From Tubiluchus corallicola (lineage: Eukaryota > Animalia > Priapulida), in NCBI GenBank assembly GCA_030141605.1, contig JAQGDQ010002129.1, forward strand, positions 1-13,983: 13,983 bases of DNA, in the 5' to 3' direction. Below, in pieces: positions 9,572 through 13,983 of this stretch. The notes under the pieces were generated by a model. That model saw only the letters and a list, made by a program, of their open reading frames with translations, had not been told where the DNA came from and made no database searches. A program made the translations under genes and the position numbers. Positions within the stretch are counted from its first letter, which is position 1; each line of letters starts with the position of its first letter.

Positions 9572-10060
9572 TTTGCTTAGACACACAGGAAAGATAATAT
9601 TATCGAAACGTATCATACGAACATGCTGATGTTTTATGACTAAAACGTTTCATTTTAAGAATATTTAATTTAAAAATTTAAAAAAAATTAAATTTGAATT
9701 TTTTTAATATTGCAGCTTTTGCGTTCCCAGATTATTATAATTTATTTAAAACATTTTTATTAACTGAAAGTTTACATATTTGCAGAACAGGGTTCTCTTA
9801 AATCTAAACTATTTTGATGATTATTAGTGACTGTTACTAAATACACATGTATCATCGAAGCATATAATCATAGAAGCATGCTAATGTTTACTGTCAAAAA
9901 TGTTTCATTTTAAGTCCTTGATGTTAAAAAAATTTTAATATAAAAAAATTAGTTTAAAAAAATTTAATTTGCAGATTTTGCTTTCTCAAACTATTGTAAT
10001 TTATTTAAAATATTTTTGTTAGCTAGAAATTAGCGCAAATGAATAGCAGGTTATTCTAAT
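9572..10060. repeat. Old tandem duplication, period about 250-255 bp, 2 copies
   Basis: ATCGAA..CATGCT.ATGTTT..GTTTCATTTTAAG..TTGCAG.TTTTGC..TAATTTATTTAAAA occurs at about 9602-9751 and again at about 9854-10010. Confidence 0.8.
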
Positions 10061-10551
10061 ATGAGTTTCTATGCTTGTGGGCCAGGTTATTCTAATATGA
10101 GTTTCTATGCTTGTGGGCCAGGTATTCTAATATGAGTTTCTATGCTTGTGGGCCATAAACATAGGCCAACTATAGGCCTGCTAAATGGCTAGATTAGCTT
10201 ATTCTAATATGAGTTTCTACACTTGTGGGCCATAAACATAGGCCAACTATTGGCCTGCTAAGTGGCTAGATTAGGTTATTCTAATATGAGTTTCTGCACT
10301 TGTGGGCCATAAACATAGGCCAACTATAGGCCTGCTAAGTGGCTAGATTAGGTTATTCTAATATGAGTTTCTACGCTTGTGGGCCATAAACATAGGCCAA
10401 CTATAGGCCTACTAAGTGGCTAGATTAGGTTATTTTAATATGAGTTTCTACGCTTGTGGGCAATAAACATAGGCCAACTATAGGCCTGCTAAATGGCTTG
10501 ATTAGGTTATTCTAATATGAGTTTCTACACTTGTGGGCCATAAACATAGGC
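10047..10551. repeat. Tandem array: two 36-bp units followed by about 5.5 units of 77 bp containing the 36-mer
   Basis: CAGG at 10047, 10083, 10119; ATT(C/T)TAAT at 10124, 10201, 10278, 10355, 10432, 10509. Confidence 0.96.
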
Positions 10552-11092
10552 GGGTTTTCTTGTATGTAAGTAGAGGGTTTTCTTGTATGTAAATAGAGGG
10601 TTTTCTTGTATGTAAGTAGAGGGTTTTCTTGTATGTAAGTAGAGGGTTTTCTTGTATGTAAGTGGAGGGTTTTCTTGTATGTAAGTAGAGGGTTTTCTTG
10701 TATGTAAATAGAGGGTTTTCTTGTATGTAAGTAGAGGGTTTTCTTGTATGTAAGTAGAGGGTTTTCTTGTATGTAAGTAGAGGGTTTTCTTGTATGTAAG
10801 TAGAGGGTTTTCTTGTATGTAAGTAGAGGGTTTTCTTGTATGTAAGTAGAGGGTTTTCTTGTATGTAAGTAGAGGGTTTTCTTGTATGTAAGTAGAGGGT
10901 TTTCTTGTATGTAAGTAGAGGGTTTTCTTGTATGTAAGTAGAGGGTTTTCTTGTATGTAAGTAGAGGGTTTTCTTGTATGTAAGTAGAGGGTTTACTTGT
11001 ATGTAAGTAGAGGGTTTTCTTGTATGTAAGTAGAGGGTTTTCTTGTATGTAAATAGAGGGTTTACTTGTAACTAAGTGGAGGGTTTTCTTGT
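10552..11092. repeat. 23-bp minisatellite (GGGTTTTCTTGTATGTAAGTAGA), about 23.5 copies
   Basis: Directly visible, near-perfect and without spacers. Confidence 0.98.
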
Positions 11093-11356
11093 GCATCAAG
11101 AATTAGCTACAAAAATTTTTTTATAAAGAGCTTATATTCAGGTTTGTATCAATGATATTTCAAGGAAAATACTTTAAAGTTTTTGAAATACAAAAATGAG
11201 AAGACTGGTCCACTTTACTGTTAATATTTGGAAAATGTAGAATATTGGACGGGCAATAATTATGATTAGAATTCAGATTACACATCAAAACAGTTTTTTG
11301 AACAATTTTATTTCATCAATTTCACAGTCTCAGATCTTTGATTTCATAATCTTATG

Positions 11357-11766
11357 GTATAGTCGTAGATCAAACAATAGCCTTTTGTTTATGGTTCCTA
11401 GAGGGCGCTGTTCTACTATGGGTGATGAGTCATTTGCTGTTGCAGGACCAAATCTATGGAACAGCCTACCTATCCACATCAGGACACTCTTGACCAGTAA
11501 GTCTTTTAAAATACTGATTAAAGCATTTATTTAAAATAGCATACAATCTTTGAAGTAATCGAAATTTTCATTTGTCGTTATATGCTTGTGAATTACTGTG
11601 TTTTTTATGTATTTACTGTAATTTTATGAAGTTTAGTAGGACTACTCCGTAATTTCGTAAACATTTATAAGTACATCATGATGATTTTGGATATCTTTGT
11701 GAAGCCTCTTTGAATATTGCCAGTTGTGCTGTCTATGGATTTAATCCGTAGCTGTAAAAATAAATA
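11357..11766 (+). mobile_element. 5'-truncated L2/CR1-group LINE: ORF2 C-terminus and 3' UTR
   Basis: Translation YSRRSNNSLLFMVPRGRCSTMGDESFAVAGPNLWNSLPIHIR...SFKILIKAFI* fits the typical ORF2 end (YxLRS...L.VPR...GDR.FSVAGP.LWNSLP..IR...FK..LKT.LF); T-rich UTR ending at AATAAA (about 11759). Confidence 0.85.
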
Positions 11767-11773
11767 CCTATAG

Positions 11774-11939
11774 TTAAAAACAACAAAACTTATTAAAACT
11801 TTTACATTTACAAGTTAATATCATGCCAGACATTTCGACAGGCTGCTGTCGTCATCATCAGTGGTAGTTCTAGCAACAGCCTGTCGAAACATTTGGCATG
11901 ATTTTAACTTTTTAATGTGAAAGTTCATATAAAGTTGTG
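11774..11939. mobile_element. Inverted pair of Penelope-like pLTR fragments, same family as 2463-2549
   Basis: 11774-11866 is a direct homologue of 2463-2549; about 11877-11939 is an inverted partial copy (CCTGTCGAAACATTTGGCATGATTTTAACTTTTTAATGTGAAAGTT). Confidence 0.7.
11824..11866 (-). ncRNA. Second hammerhead-like motif (variant)
   Basis: Minus strand: tacca CTGATGA tgac GACAG-cagc-CTGTC GAAA t GTC tggca. 5-bp stem II and GUC cleavage triplet, but 4 extra nt between core and stem II. Confidence 0.5.
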
Positions 11940-13001
<1,062 letters not shown>

Positions 13002-13150
13002 CTCTTTCATCTCCTAATATGGGTTGTTGATTGTCCTTCAAATACACAAGCTAAAACTCCAGCTTCAGCATCAGGTTCAAAGATATCAGCTAGTTTTGCA
13101 TCACAATTTTTACATACTTTCTGATATTAAAATTTGTTTCTGTTTTTCAG

Positions 13151-13318
13151 TCGAAGGTGTGGAAATTGTACCGCGAGGGTAGTAGACGGGAAGGAGGTCC
13201 TGGGTGGTTGTATGGGGCATGGCAACCGTATCCCAGGAACATGTCGGCACTATGCAACGCGTAACTGTCCGTGGGAGCAGGAGGAACCGATAGCAGCTCT
13301 GCCACCTCGTGCGATGAG
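13151..13318 (+). CDS. Candidate internal exon (168 nt, phase 2-2) encoding a Cys/His-containing peptide; mirror copy at 13497-13664 on the minus strand
   Basis: Strong acceptor TTTGTTTCTGTTTTTCAG|, consensus donor AG|GTAAGT, higher GC, and only one open frame: RRCGNCTARVVDGKEVLGGCMGHGNRIPGTCRHYATRNCPWEQEEPIAALPPRAM. Confidence 0.45.
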
Positions 13319-13820
13319 GTAAGTGTAAAACTACACCTCCTGTAACAGACACAGTCAGCCATTATTATTTGAGAAAATGACATTTTCTCAAATAATAATG
13401 GCTGACTGTGTCTGTTACAGGAGGCGTACAACTGACATTTTCTCAAATAATAATGGCTGACTGTGTCTGTTACAGGAGGTGTAGTTTTACACTTACCTCA
13501 TCGCACGAGGTGGCAGAGCTGCTATCGGTTCCTCCTGCTCCCACGGACAGTTACGCGTTGCATAGTGCCGACATGTTCCTGGGATACGGTTGCCATGCCC
13601 CATACAACCACCCAGGACCTCCTTCCCGTCTACTACCCTCGCGGTACAATTTCCACACCTTCGACTGAAAAACAGAAACAAATTTTAATATCAGAAAGTA
13701 TGTAAAAATTGTGATGCAAAACTAGCTGATATCTTTGAACCTGATGCTGAAGCTGGAGTTTTAGCTTGTGTATTTGAAGGACAATCAACAACCCATATTA
13801 GGAGATGAAAGAGACTACTA

Positions 13821-13853
<33 letters not shown>

Positions 13854-13983
13854 CTGATGCTGATGCTGATGCTGATGCTGATGCTGATGCTGATGCTGAT
13901 GCTGATGCTGATGCTGATGCTGATGCTGATGCTGATGCTGATGCTGATGCTGATGCTGATGCTGATGCTGATGCTGATGCTGA

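Noticed and set aside
10047-11092. CRISPR-like appearance of the 36/77-bp and 23-bp repeats
   Set aside because: There are no unique spacers: the intervening sequence is itself repeated. No cas genes, and the context is eukaryotic.
10512-11099. 195-aa minus-strand ORF (YIQENPLLTYKKTLYLHTRKPST)n
   Set aside because: By-product of a 23-bp repeat lacking stops on that strand; the unit is not a multiple of 3.

Overview
AT-rich, repeat-dominated eukaryotic DNA, most likely an invertebrate animal; nothing prokaryotic (no operons, CRISPR, rRNA or tRNA) is visible. The one convincing gene is an intronless minus-strand ORF (5220-5642) for a 140-aa protein with a signal peptide and no family I recognise. 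Upstream of it is a duplicated ~340-bp block retaining CRE/AP-1/bZIP/Rel-like motifs, and downstream a long hairpin. The rest is a 54/48-bp minisatellite open on both strands (1-1285), LINE 3' remnants, Penelope-like ends with hammerhead-ribozyme cores (2514-2549, 11824-11866), a TTAA-flanked piggyBac-type MITE (3883-4502), a probable LTR (8895-9321) and 36/77/23-bp tandem arrays. The window ends with a ~1.06-kb in-phase compound trinucleotide tract and a large inverted repeat (385-bp unique arms with no mismatch seen, 56-bp spacer) carrying exon-like segments. That palindrome may be real or a fold-back sequencing/assembly artefact. All family assignments come from motif recognition by eye, not database searches.
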